Positions 44,839 to 56,564 are shown, counted from the stretch's first letter. The stretch is 64,000 bases of DNA from an uncultured cyanobacterium (GCA_963710605.1 CAVQBA010000004.1:160001-224000), one strand, 5' to 3'. Numbers and translations are program-made. The notes: generated from the sequence alone by a model not told the origin.

Positions 44839-46041
44839 TCATTGTTCGCTTTTAATAGTTTCAACTTGACTGATTTTTTGCTCAAAATAATCTTCTTTAT
44901 ATTTTAGTTCAAATGCGATCGCTCTTGCCATTCTAAAATAAGTTAAAGCCTTAAGATAATCTTGTTTTTGAGTATAAATAGTACCAATAAAATCATAAGT
45001 ATTCATTAAACCATAAAAATTATAAGAATTACTTTCAATTTTGACTAACTCTTGATAAACTAGCAAAGCTGAGTCAAATTGTTCGTATTTTTGATATAAC
45101 TGTCCTAATTGTTTTAAAGCATCACCAGCAATCGCAAATTGCTCTAAAGACAAAGCTAAAGCAAAAGCAGACTGATAAAATTCACTTGCTGATTGAGGAT
45201 TATCCAACGCTTGATAATCATTACCAATTGAAATTCTTAAACGTGCTAACTCGGATACATTACCATCATTTAAAAAATTTTGAGCTAATTGCTTTTTGTA
45301 ATCAACAGAATTATCAGGATTAACTAACGCCTGACTAATTTCGGCTAGTTTTTGTAAATAAATACTTTCGGATAAATAATCTTGATTACTACGAGCAATC
45401 TCTAATAATTTTTCGTAAATTGGTTGTGCTGAATAATAATCGAATTTAGCTAAATATAACTTACCTAGTTTTTCTGAAGTGCTTAAAACTAAATTATCAT
45501 CATTGTTAGCTTGAGCGAAAACTAAATTTTGTTGATGCAAAACGATCGATTTATCAATTGAATGTAAAACATCATAAGCTTTAATAAATAAAGGTAAAAC
45601 TTCAGGATTAAGTTGATTTTGTTGACTATTTTCTTGTTCTAAAATCAATAATCGTGCTTGTAAAAATTCTAAATCTTGACTACGTCTTTGCTCCCATGCT
45701 ACTGCCCCTGCTGTCATAATTGTTTCCATTTCAGTATTTAAATCAAGAAAGCGACTTAAATTAATTGCTTCATACCAGAAAACAAAAGCTTGATCGATAT
45801 TTTCATCAACTAATTCTTGTTTTGCCATCACATCTAACTCGGTGATTCTTTCTCTAACTCTTTTTTGTTCTAAAGGAGTTAAATTTCGTTTGATAGAAGG
45901 AAGTAGTTGATGTTCAAAATTATTATTTAAAGGATTAACAATCACATTTTCTTGAGCTAAAGAAAATTTAACTTGACCTAAAAACATTAAAGTACAAATA
46001 AGTAAGAAATTATTTATTTTTTTAAATTTGAAAAAAAGCAT
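44839..46041 (-). CDS. TPR-repeat protein with signal peptide
   Basis: Repeated helical LGxLY/A…Y TPR-like units. Confidence 0.75.
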   Translation of the reverse strand: MLFFKFKKINNFLLICTLMFLGQVKFSLAQENVIVNPLNNNFEHQLLPSIKRNLTPLEQKRVRERITELDVMAKQELVDENIDQAFVFWYEAINLSRFLDLNTEMETIMTAGAVAWEQRRSQDLEFLQARLLILEQENSQQNQLNPEVLPLFIKAYDVLHSIDKSIVLHQQNLVFAQANNDDNLVLSTSEKLGKLYLAKFDYYSAQPIYEKLLEIARSNQDYLSESIYLQKLAEISQALVNPDNSVDYKKQLAQNFLNDGNVSELARLRISIGNDYQALDNPQSASEFYQSAFALALSLEQFAIAGDALKQLGQLYQKYEQFDSALLVYQELVKIESNSYNFYGLMNTYDFIGTIYTQKQDYLKALTYFRMARAIAFELKYKEDYFEQKISQVETIKSEQ

Positions 46042-46239
46042 TTATTTTGCCAACAAGAGATTTTTTACTAATGATTAATTATTTCTTGCCAATTATTTAA
46101 TTATTAACTGTTGTCACTATTCTCGTCGATTTTAACAAATCCAGTTGAGAATAATGGTAATATTGCTATGCAATCGATCGCTAACACAAAATAATCTAAT
46201 CAGATTGCAAATATTACAGTAAAACATATCCTTAACAAT

Positions 46240-47838
46240 ATGGCAAAAGTTCTCGTATCTGATCCCATCGATCAAACAGGGATTAAAATTCTATCTCAAG
46301 TAGCCGAAGTAGATATAAACACAGGACTATCCCCTGAAGAATTAACAAAAATAATTGGTGAATACGACGCTTTAATGATTCGCTCTGGTACACAAGTTAC
46401 CGAAGAAGTCATCGAAGCCGCCACAAAATTAAAAATTATTGGTCGTGCAGGTGTCGGTGTAGATAATATAAATGTTCCTGCTGCTACTCGTAAAGGAATA
46501 GTAGTCGTCAATTCTCCAGAAGGAAATACGATCGCCGCCGCCGAACATAGTTTAGCCATGATGCTTTCGCTTTCTCGCCATATTCCTAGTGCTAACCAAT
46601 CGGTAAAAGCTGAAAAATGGGAACGTAAAAAATTCATGGGTACAGAAGTTTATAAAAAAACTTTGGGTGTCGTGGGTTTAGGCAAAATCGGTTCTCATGT
46701 AGCTAAAGCCGCCAAAGCAATGGGGATGAAAATCTTAGCATACGATCCCTTTATTTCCCAAGAAAGAGCCGCTCAATTAGGTTGTACCTTGGTCGATTTA
46801 GGCTTGATTTTCTCTGAATCTGATTATATTACTCTTCATGTACCCAAAACTAAAGATACAGCTAATCTAATTAACACTGAAGCATTAGCTAAAATGAAGC
46901 CTAATGCTAGAATTATTAACTGTTCTCGTGGTGGTATCATCGATGAAGACGCTCTTTATGAAGCCCTAAAAAATGGTCAAATTGCAGGTGCGGCTTTAGA
47001 TGTATTTGCTAGTGAGCCTTTAGGAGAATCTAAACTAAGAGAATTAGGTAGTAACGTCATTCTTACACCTCATTTAGGAGCTTCTACCGCCGAAGCACAA
47101 GTCAATGTCGCAGTTGATGTAGCCGAGCAAATTAGAGATGTTATCCTTGGTTTACCTGCCCGTAGTGCGGTTAATATACCTGGTTTAAGTCCAGATGTAA
47201 TGGAAAAATTACGTCCTTATATGGCTTTATCTGAAGTATTAGGTAATTTAGTTGCTCAACTAGCAGGAGACAGAGTCAAAAGTTTTAGTATCAGATTACA
47301 AGGAGATTTAGCCGAAGGAAGTAATAGTCAACCTTTAGTTGTCGCCGCAATCAAAGGTTTGTTATCTAAAGCTTTAAGAGAAAGAGTTAACTACGTTAAT
47401 GCCGCTATTGAAGCTAAAGAAAGAGGTATTCATGTTATTGAAACCAAAGATGCAAGTATTAATGACTATAGTAATTCTATTCATTTAGAAGCTACAGGTA
47501 CTAAAGGCACTCATACTGTGACTGGTGCTTTATTAAATGATGGCGAAATACGGATTATTAATTTAGATGGTTTCCCTGTTAATGTACCGCCTAATACCTA
47601 TATGTTATTTACTCTCCACCGAGATATGCCCGGAATTATTGGTAGAATTGGTTCTTTGTTAGGTAACTATAATGTCAATATTGCCAGTATGCAAGTGGGA
47701 CGTAAAATAGTTCGTGGTGATGCGGTTATGGTACTAATGATCGATGATCCTTTACCTGACGGTATTTTAGAAGAAATTCTTAATGTACCTAATGTGACCG
47801 ATGCTTATACAGTTAATTTGGCTTTGGATAACTACTAA
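46240..47838 (+). CDS. serA: D-3-phosphoglycerate dehydrogenase
   Basis: RAGVGVDN, GLGKIG, TPHLGAST, C-terminal ACT domain. Confidence 0.96.
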   Translation: MAKVLVSDPIDQTGIKILSQVAEVDINTGLSPEELTKIIGEYDALMIRSGTQVTEEVIEAATKLKIIGRAGVGVDNINVPAATRKGIVVVNSPEGNTIAAAEHSLAMMLSLSRHIPSANQSVKAEKWERKKFMGTEVYKKTLGVVGLGKIGSHVAKAAKAMGMKILAYDPFISQERAAQLGCTLVDLGLIFSESDYITLHVPKTKDTANLINTEALAKMKPNARIINCSRGGIIDEDALYEALKNGQIAGAALDVFASEPLGESKLRELGSNVILTPHLGASTAEAQVNVAVDVAEQIRDVILGLPARSAVNIPGLSPDVMEKLRPYMALSEVLGNLVAQLAGDRVKSFSIRLQGDLAEGSNSQPLVVAAIKGLLSKALRERVNYVNAAIEAKERGIHVIETKDASINDYSNSIHLEATGTKGTHTVTGALLNDGEIRIINLDGFPVNVPPNTYMLFTLHRDMPGIIGRIGSLLGNYNVNIASMQVGRKIVRGDAVMVLMIDDPLPDGILEEILNVPNVTDAYTVNLALDNY

Positions 47839-47839
47839 A

Positions 47840-47999
47840 ATGAGTAATGAGTAATGAGTAATAAGTAAGGAGTAATAGCCAATAACTAGACAGGCTAACC
47901 CTACTTTTTACCTATTACCTATTACCTATTACCTATTACCTATTACCTATTACCTATTACCTATTACCTATTACCTATTACCTATTACCTATTACCTAT
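47840..47999. repeat. Heptamer repeats: (ATGAGTA)n followed by (TACCTAT)x13
   Basis: Perfect 91-bp array at 47909-47999. Confidence 0.92.
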
Positions 48000-48009
48000 T
48001 ACTTAATAA

Positions 48010-48894
48010 ATGATTACTCGCTGGTGGGAAATTAAAGTTAATTATGTAGCCGAATTAGAAGATACAATTTTTTGGCGTTTACAAGAATTAGGTTGTCAGG
48101 GTACAGCTTTAATGGAAGAAGATCAAGTGTGGTATGTGAAAGGTTATGTACCCGCCTTAACAACAGAAAATCTGGATTTAGCGGCTTTGGCTTTGTTATT
48201 AAAACAAGATTTTACTGTACTCAATCAAGACATTCCTTCTGTTTCTTGGCAACTAATTGATGATGAGGATTGGGCAAGTAGCTGGAAAGAGCATTGGCAA
48301 CCGTTGATGATTGGTTCTAGGTTTGCTGTCTATCCTGTATGGATTGAAGTGCCTAGCGATTTGGATCGGTTGTTAATTCGTCTTGATCCCGGCTCTGCTT
48401 TTGGTACAGGTGTTCATCAAACAACTCAGTTATGTTTAGAAGCGTTGGAAATGAGAGTTGATGAAGATAGTGATGAATTAATGTTAGCTGATATAGGTTG
48501 TGGTACAGGAATTTTATCGATCGGTGCTAGGCTTTTAGGTGCAAAAGAAGTTTGGGCAGTGGATGTCGATATTTTAGCGGTGAATGCTACTATAGAAAAT
48601 AGTGAATTTAATCATGTCGATCGTATTGAGGTAATGCAAGGAAGTATTGAACAAATCAAACAGAAAGCTGATTTCAAATTTGACGGGCTAGTTTGTAATA
48701 TTTTGGCTGAAATTATTAAACCGATTATTCCTGATATGGGGGAGATTATTAAACCTCAAGGCTGGATCATTCTTAGTGGTATTTTAGTCGAGCAATCGAT
48801 CGATGTTACTAATATTTTAGAAGAACACGGCTGGATAATTTCTGCTCTTTGGAAGAAAGATGAATGGTGTTGTATCAACGCCAAACGAAAATAA
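48010..48894 (+). CDS. prmA: Ribosomal protein L11 methyltransferase
   Basis: DWASSWK, LDPGSAFGTG, DIGCGTGILS, ILSGIL. Confidence 0.93.
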   Translation: MITRWWEIKVNYVAELEDTIFWRLQELGCQGTALMEEDQVWYVKGYVPALTTENLDLAALALLLKQDFTVLNQDIPSVSWQLIDDEDWASSWKEHWQPLMIGSRFAVYPVWIEVPSDLDRLLIRLDPGSAFGTGVHQTTQLCLEALEMRVDEDSDELMLADIGCGTGILSIGARLLGAKEVWAVDVDILAVNATIENSEFNHVDRIEVMQGSIEQIKQKADFKFDGLVCNILAEIIKPIIPDMGEIIKPQGWIILSGILVEQSIDVTNILEEHGWIISALWKKDEWCCINAKRK

Positions 48895-48970
48895 TTAATT
48901 ATTAGGTGTCAGGTGTGGACATTCGGTGTCTTGTTCAGTATTCTGTCTGCTCAGGTATGCTTTTATCCAC

Positions 48971-49002
48971 AATTCTCAATTCTCAATTCTCAATTCTCAA
49001 TT
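48971..49002. repeat. Heptamer tandem repeat (AATTCTC)x4
   Basis: Directly before the cysS start. Confidence 0.85.
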
Positions 49003-49009
49003 ATTGAAT

Positions 49010-50446
49010 ATGGCTTTAACTTTATATAATACCCTGACCAAGCAAGAAGAAGAATTAAAATCTCTACAACCAAATCAAATATCTATGTATTGCTGTGGTA
49101 TTACAGCATATGATTATTGTCATTTAGGTCATGCTCGTACTTGCATTACATGGGATATAGTCAGACGTTACCTTACTTGGAGAGGATATAAAGTTAGATA
49201 TATCCAAAATTTTACAGATATTGACGATAAAATTCTTAACCGTGCTAGAAGAGAAAATAGCACCATGGAAGAAGTTGCCGATCGTTTTATCGATGCTTAT
49301 TTTGAAGATATGGATAATCTGAATGTCGAAAAAGCTGATTCTTATCCTCGTGCAACTCATACTCTTGATGGGATTAAAAAATTAATTTGGCAGTTAGAAG
49401 AAAAAGGATTTGCTTATCAAGCCCAAGGTGATGTTTATTATTCAGTCGCTAAATTTGCTGATTATGGTAAATTGTCAGGACGCAAATTAGATGATGTGCA
49501 AGTAGGAGCAAGTGGTAGGGTTGGTAGTAGTATAAATATCAAGCAGGAGTCCTCTGATTTTGCCCTCTGGAAAAGTGCGAAACCCGATGAACCAAGTTTT
49601 GAATCAAAATGGGGAAAAGGTCGTCCAGGTTGGCATATAGAATGTTCAGCAATGGTCAGAGAAGTATTAGGAGAAACGATCGATATTCACGTAGGTGGTA
49701 ATGATTTAGTTTTTCCTCATCACGAAAACGAAATTGCTCAATCAGAAGCAGTTACAGGTAAACCATTAGCTAATTATTGGTTACATAATGGGATGGTAAA
49801 AGTAGGTGGTGAAAAAATGTCGAAATCTTTAGGTAATTTTGTCACCATTCGTGATTTATTAGCTAAATATGATCCTATGGCGATACGTTTATTTATTTTA
49901 CAAGCGAATTATCGTAAACCGCTCGACTTTACCGATTCAGCTATGGAGGCGGTGACAAATGGTTGGCAAACTTTAGTAGATGGATTACTTTTTGCTAGTC
50001 AGTATGGTTCACAGCTCAAAATGCCACCAGAAAACCAGCTAGAACCTATTAAATCAGTTGTCGAACAATTTAGTCAAGTAGTCGATCGAGATTTTAATTT
50101 TTCATCGGGTTTAGCTATTTTATTTGATTTGGCTAAAGAATTACGTAAAGAAGCTAATGTTTTCACTCATGAAGGCAAAACAAATCTTTCGATTGAAGAA
50201 TTAGCCCAAAAATGGCAAACCCTTGTTCATCTTGCTTCTGTATTAGGTTTAGAAGCTCAAGATAATAATGAGCTAACTAGCAAATCTGATATGATTGATA
50301 GTGAAATTGAAAACTTAATTGAGCAACGTAATGCCGCTCGTTTAGCTAAAGATTACGCCCAAAGCGATCGAATACGTGATGTGCTAAAAGCTAAAGGCAT
50401 CACCTTAGTTGATAGTAAAGAAGGTACTAAATGGCATCATAATTAA
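49010..50446 (+). CDS. cysS: Cysteine-tRNA ligase (start revised to ATG 49010)
   Basis: HLGH, GRPGWHIEC, KMSKS. Confidence 0.96.
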   Translation: MALTLYNTLTKQEEELKSLQPNQISMYCCGITAYDYCHLGHARTCITWDIVRRYLTWRGYKVRYIQNFTDIDDKILNRARRENSTMEEVADRFIDAYFEDMDNLNVEKADSYPRATHTLDGIKKLIWQLEEKGFAYQAQGDVYYSVAKFADYGKLSGRKLDDVQVGASGRVGSSINIKQESSDFALWKSAKPDEPSFESKWGKGRPGWHIECSAMVREVLGETIDIHVGGNDLVFPHHENEIAQSEAVTGKPLANYWLHNGMVKVGGEKMSKSLGNFVTIRDLLAKYDPMAIRLFILQANYRKPLDFTDSAMEAVTNGWQTLVDGLLFASQYGSQLKMPPENQLEPIKSVVEQFSQVVDRDFNFSSGLAILFDLAKELRKEANVFTHEGKTNLSIEELAQKWQTLVHLASVLGLEAQDNNELTSKSDMIDSEIENLIEQRNAARLAKDYAQSDRIRDVLKAKGITLVDSKEGTKWHHN

Positions 50447-50486
50447 GAAATAAGAAAACGTAAATAACTAACAAAAGACTAAAACT

Positions 50487-53400
50487 ATGAAAGCTAATTT
50501 AAAATCAATTAACTTTTATTTATTATTATTAATTGCTTTAGCTTACTTAGGAAATTATTTTAAAGTCACTCTTTTCTTCGGAATTGACTTTATTTTTGGG
50601 AGTATTTTTGTTTGGATAGTCAGTATTTTATGGGGTAAATTTTGGGGAACTATAACAGGATTTGTTGGTTCTATTTATACCTATTTTTTGTGGGGACATC
50701 CTTATGCTATTGTAATTTTCACCTTAGAAGCTATTTTAGTTAATTATTATTATCCACAAAAAAATAGAAATATAATTTTAGTTGATATTTTTTATTGGCT
50801 GTTTGTTGGGATACCCTTAGGTTTTGTTTTTTATTATTTTGTTTTGAATATTTCTTTAATAGAAACTACTTTAATTGTTTTAAAACAACCAGTTAACGCA
50901 ATATTTAATGTTATTTTAGCCAATGTAATTATAAACTTACTAGCAGTAAGAAGCTTAACTTATTTTAAGAACAAAAACTTTGTCTTATCTTTTAAACAAA
51001 ACTTGTTTAATTTACTATTGATATTTATTTTTATTCCTACCTTGGCTATCACTGTCATTAATGGAAATAAAATAGCTGTTCAACAAGAAGCTGAAATTAT
51101 TCATGAATTAGAAGAGACAACTGAACACTTAAAATTGGATTTTGTTAGTTGGCAAAATCTACATTTTAATCTTTTAGATAAAATAGATGCTAATGATTTG
51201 AATAATCAAAGTTTATTAAATAACAAAATAGATAATTTAAATGGTATTTTAGTTGATATTGAGGTTATTTTTGTAGCTGATGCTCAAGGTGAAATAATTG
51301 CTTACGCTTCTACTCCTAATTATCCCATAACAAATATTATTGGTCAAAATATTAGTGGGAGTGAAGAATTTGAAACAATTAAACTGGAAAATCAAAAGAG
51401 AATTTACGATTTTAATTCAGATAAAATCTTTACCCGAAAGCACGTATCAATACTTAAGCCTTTAATTGATGAAGATAGTAATTTTCAAGGGGTATTTTAT
51501 GCCGTAATTTCTCAAGATAAAATTGAGCAGTTTCTTAATTATCACGAAGATGAAGAAGACGTTAATATATCACTTTTAAATAATAATAATGAAGTGATTA
51601 CGAGTAACCAAAAAAATAAAGATACAACAGTAATAAATTGGAATAATACTCAAGTAAAAAAGGAGATAATAACTAACAATATCGAGCATTTGTTACCAAT
51701 TAATCCTAGTCTTCCGATTATGAAGATATGGAGCGAATCGGTATATATTAAAAAAACAAAATTATCTCCCCAAATACCTTGGAATATTGTTGTTCAAGTT
51801 CCGGCAAAACCTTATATAAAAGAGTTGAGTAAAAGTTATGCCGAGTCTCTTTCTCTCTTATTTATTACTACGATGGTAGCATTTTGGTTAGCTGAAAAAT
51901 ATAGTGATAAATTAGTTTTACCGTTAAAATATTTGGGAGAAAATACAACTAATTTACCGAAAAAAATATTGTATGAGCAAGAAGAATTTGTTTGGCAAGG
52001 GACTAATATACAAGAAATAGAATTATTAGTCGAAAATTATCGATCGATGATTGGGGCATTAAAAGAAAAATTTGATCAAATCAATCAATCAAGACAAAGT
52101 TTAACTCTACAAGTAGAAGAAAGAACAAAAGTTTTACAACAACAAATAGAAGAAAAAAGAGAGATTGAAAAATTACTTAGAGAAAGAGAACAAAGATACG
52201 AATTAGCAGTTTCAGGTACTAATGATGGACTTTGGGATTGGAATTTAAAAAACAATCATGTTTATTATTCCCCTGCTTGGATGCGTATTTTAGGTTATCA
52301 AGCAAATGGTTTACCACCAATAATCGAATCTTGGTTTCACCGTATTCATGAAGAAGATTTAGAAGATAATTTACAAGCAATACACTCTTATACCAACAAA
52401 GAAACAGATTTATATCAAAGTATTCATCGTATTCAACATTCGGATGAGCATTATCTTTGGATTTTAGCTAAAGGTAAAATGGATCAAGATGAGCAAGGGA
52501 AAGTTTATCGTCTAGTAGGTACTATCACCGACATTACCGAAAAAATTAAAACAGAACAAGAAATACAATTAGCAATTGAAGAAGCAGAAGCGGCAAATAG
52601 AGCTAAAAGTGATTTTTTAGCAACTATGAGTCACGAAATTAGAACACCGATGAATGCTGTTATAGGTATGACAGGATTACTATTAGATACACCTTTAAAC
52701 AACGAACAAAAAGAATTTACCGAAATAATTCGTACTAGTGCTGATAGTCTGCTAACTATTATTAATGATATTCTTGATTTTTCTAAAATAGAGTCAGGTA
52801 AACTAGAACTAGAATGTCAAAATTTTTCTTTAATTAGTGTGGTTGAGGAATCTTTAGATTTAATTGCACCTAAAGCAAGTAGCAAAAATATCGAATTAGC
52901 CTATTTTATTGATATAGATGTACCAGTAAATATTAATGGTGATATAACTCGTTTAAGACAAATTTTAGTTAATTTACTCACTAATGCGGTTAAATTTACG
53001 CCAACTGGTGAGGTAGTCATTCAAGTAAAGGTTATCAATCAAAAAATAATTAAGGAATATTTAAATGAATATGAATTAATTTTTACCGTCACTGATACAG
53101 GTATTGGTATTCCCGAAAGTAGGATGGATAGATTATTTAAAGCTTTTTCTCAGGTAGATGCTTCAACTACTCGTAATTATGGAGGTACAGGTTTAGGTTT
53201 AGCTATTTGTACTCGCTTGATTAAAATGATGAAGGGCAAAATATGGGTAGAAAGCCAAGGTAAAATCAGTGGCGATTATCCTGAGTATTGGCAAGTATCT
53301 TCTACTACAGATGATTTGGGTTCAGTTTTTGGCTTTACGGTAAAAACAAAAATTAGTAATATTTTACCTCAGTTAGAAATTCCTCATCCCACTGAGTTAA

Positions 53401-54647
53401 AAAATAAATCCGTCTTAATTGTTGATGATAATGAAACTAATCGACAAGTATTGATTATTCAATGTCAGAAATTAGGGATGAAGACAATTGTTGCATCTTC
53501 AGGGAAAGAAGCTTTGTTGATGTTGAAAAATAAGTACCAAAAAACTGAGGTTGCTATTTTAGATATGCAGATGCCTGCTATGGATGGTGTTACTTTGGCT
53601 AAACAAATTCATTCAATTCCTGATTTTCATAGTTTACCTTTGATTTTACTAAGTTCGATTGGTCAATTAGAAAATAATAATTATATTCGACAAGTTAATT
53701 GGCACACAATTATCAATAAACCAATTAAACAATCTCAACTATCGGACATTTTGATCAACGTTTTTAGTTCTAAATCAGGACAAGATAATTCTTTTGTGGT
53801 TCAAAATAACGTACATTCTCAATTTGAAGATATTGCTAGTGTTACACCATTAAAAATTTTGATTGCTGAAGATAATATTGTTAACCAAAAAGTTATCACC
53901 AATATTCTTAAGCGTTTGGGTTATCGTGCTGATGTGGTAGCTAATGGTTTAGAAGTTTTAGAGACATTACGTCGTCAATCTTATGATTTAATTTTAATGG
54001 ATGTACAGATGCCAGAAATGGATGGCTTGACTGCAACTAGACAGATTCGCACTTTATGGCACTCTCCTAATAGTAATTTTCAAGGTAATCCTCCTTCTAT
54101 CATAGCGATGACGGCTAATGCCATGGAAGGCGACAGGGAAAACTGTTTAGCGGCAGGAATGGATGATTATTTATCTAAACCTGTACGGATTAATCAATTG
54201 ATGTCAAAATTAAAAAATTTAAAATCTAATTATCCCATTTCAGAAGATAATCATAAAATAGAAGAAAGTAAAAAAGAACCAGCACAAGTTGTGAATTTAG
54301 ATTCTCAGGCAATTTTGGAATTAAAAGATATGATTGGCGAAGAAGATTTTGTGGCGGTTTTTACCGAACTAGTAGAAACTTATCTAGAAGATAGCCCTAA
54401 TTTAATTCAGGCTTTGATTATTGGGGCTAAAAATCAAAATATAGAAGAGGTTAAAATTAATGCCCATAGCCTCAAATCTAGTAGTGCCACTTTAGGAGCG
54501 ATGACATTTTCGCAAATCTGTAAACAAATAGAATCTTACTGCATTAAGGGAAAATTAGTTGAAGCACGGGCTTTGATACCTCAATTAGAAGATAATTATC
54601 AACAAACTCAAGTTTTGCTCAACCGTGAAATTGAAAAGTTATCTTAA
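50487..54647 (+). CDS. Membrane hybrid sensor kinase (multi-TM, Cache-like, PAS, HisKA, HATPase, 2 REC, Hpt)
   Basis: GLWDWN PAS, MSHEIRTPMN, GGTGLGL, two receivers, AHSLKSSS Hpt. Confidence 0.9.
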   Translation: MKANLKSINFYLLLLIALAYLGNYFKVTLFFGIDFIFGSIFVWIVSILWGKFWGTITGFVGSIYTYFLWGHPYAIVIFTLEAILVNYYYPQKNRNIILVDIFYWLFVGIPLGFVFYYFVLNISLIETTLIVLKQPVNAIFNVILANVIINLLAVRSLTYFKNKNFVLSFKQNLFNLLLIFIFIPTLAITVINGNKIAVQQEAEIIHELEETTEHLKLDFVSWQNLHFNLLDKIDANDLNNQSLLNNKIDNLNGILVDIEVIFVADAQGEIIAYASTPNYPITNIIGQNISGSEEFETIKLENQKRIYDFNSDKIFTRKHVSILKPLIDEDSNFQGVFYAVISQDKIEQFLNYHEDEEDVNISLLNNNNEVITSNQKNKDTTVINWNNTQVKKEIITNNIEHLLPINPSLPIMKIWSESVYIKKTKLSPQIPWNIVVQVPAKPYIKELSKSYAESLSLLFITTMVAFWLAEKYSDKLVLPLKYLGENTTNLPKKILYEQEEFVWQGTNIQEIELLVENYRSMIGALKEKFDQINQSRQSLTLQVEERTKVLQQQIEEKREIEKLLREREQRYELAVSGTNDGLWDWNLKNNHVYYSPAWMRILGYQANGLPPIIESWFHRIHEEDLEDNLQAIHSYTNKETDLYQSIHRIQHSDEHYLWILAKGKMDQDEQGKVYRLVGTITDITEKIKTEQEIQLAIEEAEAANRAKSDFLATMSHEIRTPMNAVIGMTGLLLDTPLNNEQKEFTEIIRTSADSLLTIINDILDFSKIESGKLELECQNFSLISVVEESLDLIAPKASSKNIELAYFIDIDVPVNINGDITRLRQILVNLLTNAVKFTPTGEVVIQVKVINQKIIKEYLNEYELIFTVTDTGIGIPESRMDRLFKAFSQVDASTTRNYGGTGLGLAICTRLIKMMKGKIWVESQGKISGDYPEYWQVSSTTDDLGSVFGFTVKTKISNILPQLEIPHPTELKNKSVLIVDDNETNRQVLIIQCQKLGMKTIVASSGKEALLMLKNKYQKTEVAILDMQMPAMDGVTLAKQIHSIPDFHSLPLILLSSIGQLENNNYIRQVNWHTIINKPIKQSQLSDILINVFSSKSGQDNSFVVQNNVHSQFEDIASVTPLKILIAEDNIVNQKVITNILKRLGYRADVVANGLEVLETLRRQSYDLILMDVQMPEMDGLTATRQIRTLWHSPNSNFQGNPPSIIAMTANAMEGDRENCLAAGMDDYLSKPVRINQLMSKLKNLKSNYPISEDNHKIEESKKEPAQVVNLDSQAILELKDMIGEEDFVAVFTELVETYLEDSPNLIQALIIGAKNQNIEEVKINAHSLKSSSATLGAMTFSQICKQIESYCIKGKLVEARALIPQLEDNYQQTQVLLNREIEKLS

Positions 54648-54723
54648 ATCCTTATTTTTTTAGCTCGATAATTGATAATTAGATCTATTTATCATTCGCT
54701 ACTGGTTATTTGCTACTAATTGA

Positions 54724-54888
54724 TATAGTCATTTTAATTAAGTTTGAGACAGTATAAATCATCGTAAAAATGTGATCAGCAAACCCGCCTTGGGTATAAA
54801 TCTCCATTACGCTAATAGAATCCGTTTAATAAATTAAACTAAAAAAAATAATCCTTAAATTGTCTCATTCTTATTTTAATTAACTATA
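54724..54888. mobile_element. MITE family A, copy 2
   Basis: TATAGTCATTTTAATTAAGTTTGAGACA … TGTCTCATTCTTATTTTAATTAACTATA; shares AAACCCGCCTTG and CGTTTAATAAATTAAACT with copy 1. Confidence 0.85.
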
Positions 54889-55092
54889 AGTGACAAGATA
54901 GTTATATTTACTATGTTTTTAATTTGGCAGATTAAACTCAAGAATATAAGAAATCGATGATTATAAGACTCAGTTAAAAAGGATAGAAGCTAAAAAAATA
55001 AATTTAATTCTCGCTAGAACAAAAATAAAGAGACAAAAACTGTTATCTTAACGTAAGAAATTTATTCAGATCATCATTATAGGCAACAAAAA

Positions 55093-55815
55093 ATGACTTA
55101 CCAAAGGATTTTACTCAAAGTGAGTGGGGAAGCATTAATGGGAGATTTAGGCTATGGTATTGATCCAAAAGTAGTTGCTGAAATAGCAGAAGAAATAGCA
55201 GAAGTAGTCAAATTAAATGTTCAAGTTGCTATCGTCGTTGGCGGTGGCAATATTTTTCGTGGTGTTAAGGCTTCTGCTGACGGAATGGATCGAGCTACGG
55301 CTGATTATGTAGGTATGATTGCAACTGTAATGAATGCCATGACTTTACAGGATGCTTTAGAGCGGATTGATATTCCCACTAGAGTGCAAACTGCGATCGC
55401 TATGCAAGAAGTAGCTGAACCTTATATTCGTCGTAAGGCAATTCGTCACCTAGAATTAGGTAGAGTTGTTATTTTTGGTGCAGGTTCAGGTAATCCATTT
55501 TTTACCACTGATACTACAGCGGCATTGAGGGCGGCTGAAATTGATGCCGAGATTATTTTTAAGGCAACTAAAGTTGATGGGGTATATGATTGTGATCCTG
55601 TCAACAATCCGAATGCTCGTCTTTATCAGAGTTTGAACTATGCTCATGTTTTAACTCAAGACTTACGAGTTATGGATGGAACGGCGATCGCATTATGTAA
55701 AGAAAATAATATTCCCATTATTGTCTTTAACCTTTTTGAGCGTGGTAATATTATTCGAGCAGTCAAAGGTATAAAAGTAGGAACCATTGTAGGAGGTTTT
55801 TGTGAAGTTAACTGA
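55093..55815 (+). CDS. pyrH: UMP kinase
   Basis: [24 protein letters not shown]. Confidence 0.97.
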   Translation: MTYQRILLKVSGEALMGDLGYGIDPKVVAEIAEEIAEVVKLNVQVAIVVGGGNIFRGVKASADGMDRATADYVGMIATVMNAMTLQDALERIDIPTRVQTAIAMQEVAEPYIRRKAIRHLELGRVVIFGAGSGNPFFTTDTTAALRAAEIDAEIIFKATKVDGVYDCDPVNNPNARLYQSLNYAHVLTQDLRVMDGTAIALCKENNIPIIVFNLFERGNIIRAVKGIKVGTIVGGFCEVN

Positions 55816-56353
55816 AGAAGTTCAAGGTAGTATGCAAAAAAGTGTGGATAGTACACAGCAAGATATGAATACTATCCGTACAGGTAGAGCAAATACTAGT
55901 TTGTTGGATAACGTAATGGTCAATTATTATGGTGCAGATACTCCGATTAAATCTTTAGCGAGTATAACTGTTCCTGATGCGACGACAATTATGATTCAAC
56001 CTTTTGATAAGGGTAGTGTTAGTGATTTAGAACGGGCAATTTCGATGTCTGATTTGGGTTTAACTCCTAATAATGATGGAAATGTTATTCGTTTAAATAT
56101 TCCGCCTTTAACAGCCGAACGTCGTCAAGAATTTGTAAAAGTAGCGGGTAAATATGCCGAAGAAGGTAAAGTCGCTATTCGCAATATTCGTCGTGATGCG
56201 ATCGATAAAGTTCGTAAACAAGAAAAAAGTAGCGATGTTTCTGAAGATGAGTCGAGAGATTTACAAGACGAAATACAACAAATTACTGATAAATATACTA
56301 ATAAAATTGACGCTATTTTTAAATCCAAAGAAAAAGAATTAACCAAAATGTAA
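55802..56353 (+). CDS. frr: Ribosome recycling factor
   Basis: [24 protein letters not shown]; overlaps pyrH. Confidence 0.96.
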   Translation: MKLTEEVQGSMQKSVDSTQQDMNTIRTGRANTSLLDNVMVNYYGADTPIKSLASITVPDATTIMIQPFDKGSVSDLERAISMSDLGLTPNNDGNVIRLNIPPLTAERRQEFVKVAGKYAEEGKVAIRNIRRDAIDKVRKQEKSSDVSEDESRDLQDEIQQITDKYTNKIDAIFKSKEKELTKM

Positions 56354-56426
56354 TTAGCAATTTTTTTAAGGTAATAAAATTAATGCAATTGGTGCATAAG
56401 TTATCTTTTAATATTCCTGATTAATA

Positions 56427-56449
56427 GTAGAGGCGATTTTTGTCTCTAC
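56427..56449. repeat. Degenerate REP-like palindrome
   Basis: GTAGAGGCGATTTTTGTCTCTAC. Confidence 0.55.
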
Positions 56450-56564
56450 ATTTTTTATCTTTAAAAAACTCGTTAAATAATTAATTGATAAATCAACCCT
56501 TGACTAGATAAGAACCTTTTTTCGGTAAAATACGATCGAAGAGCAAAAATAAACTCAAGTAGAT

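Noticed and set aside
47840-48003. Possible CRISPR array
   Set aside because: Contiguous 7-bp units with no spacers, and no cas genes in the window.
48926-49009. N-terminal extensions on cysS, and likewise on yceD (57385-57423)
   Set aside because: They translate heptamer repeats (NSQFSIL, STVNCQL); the downstream ATGs match the expected protein starts.
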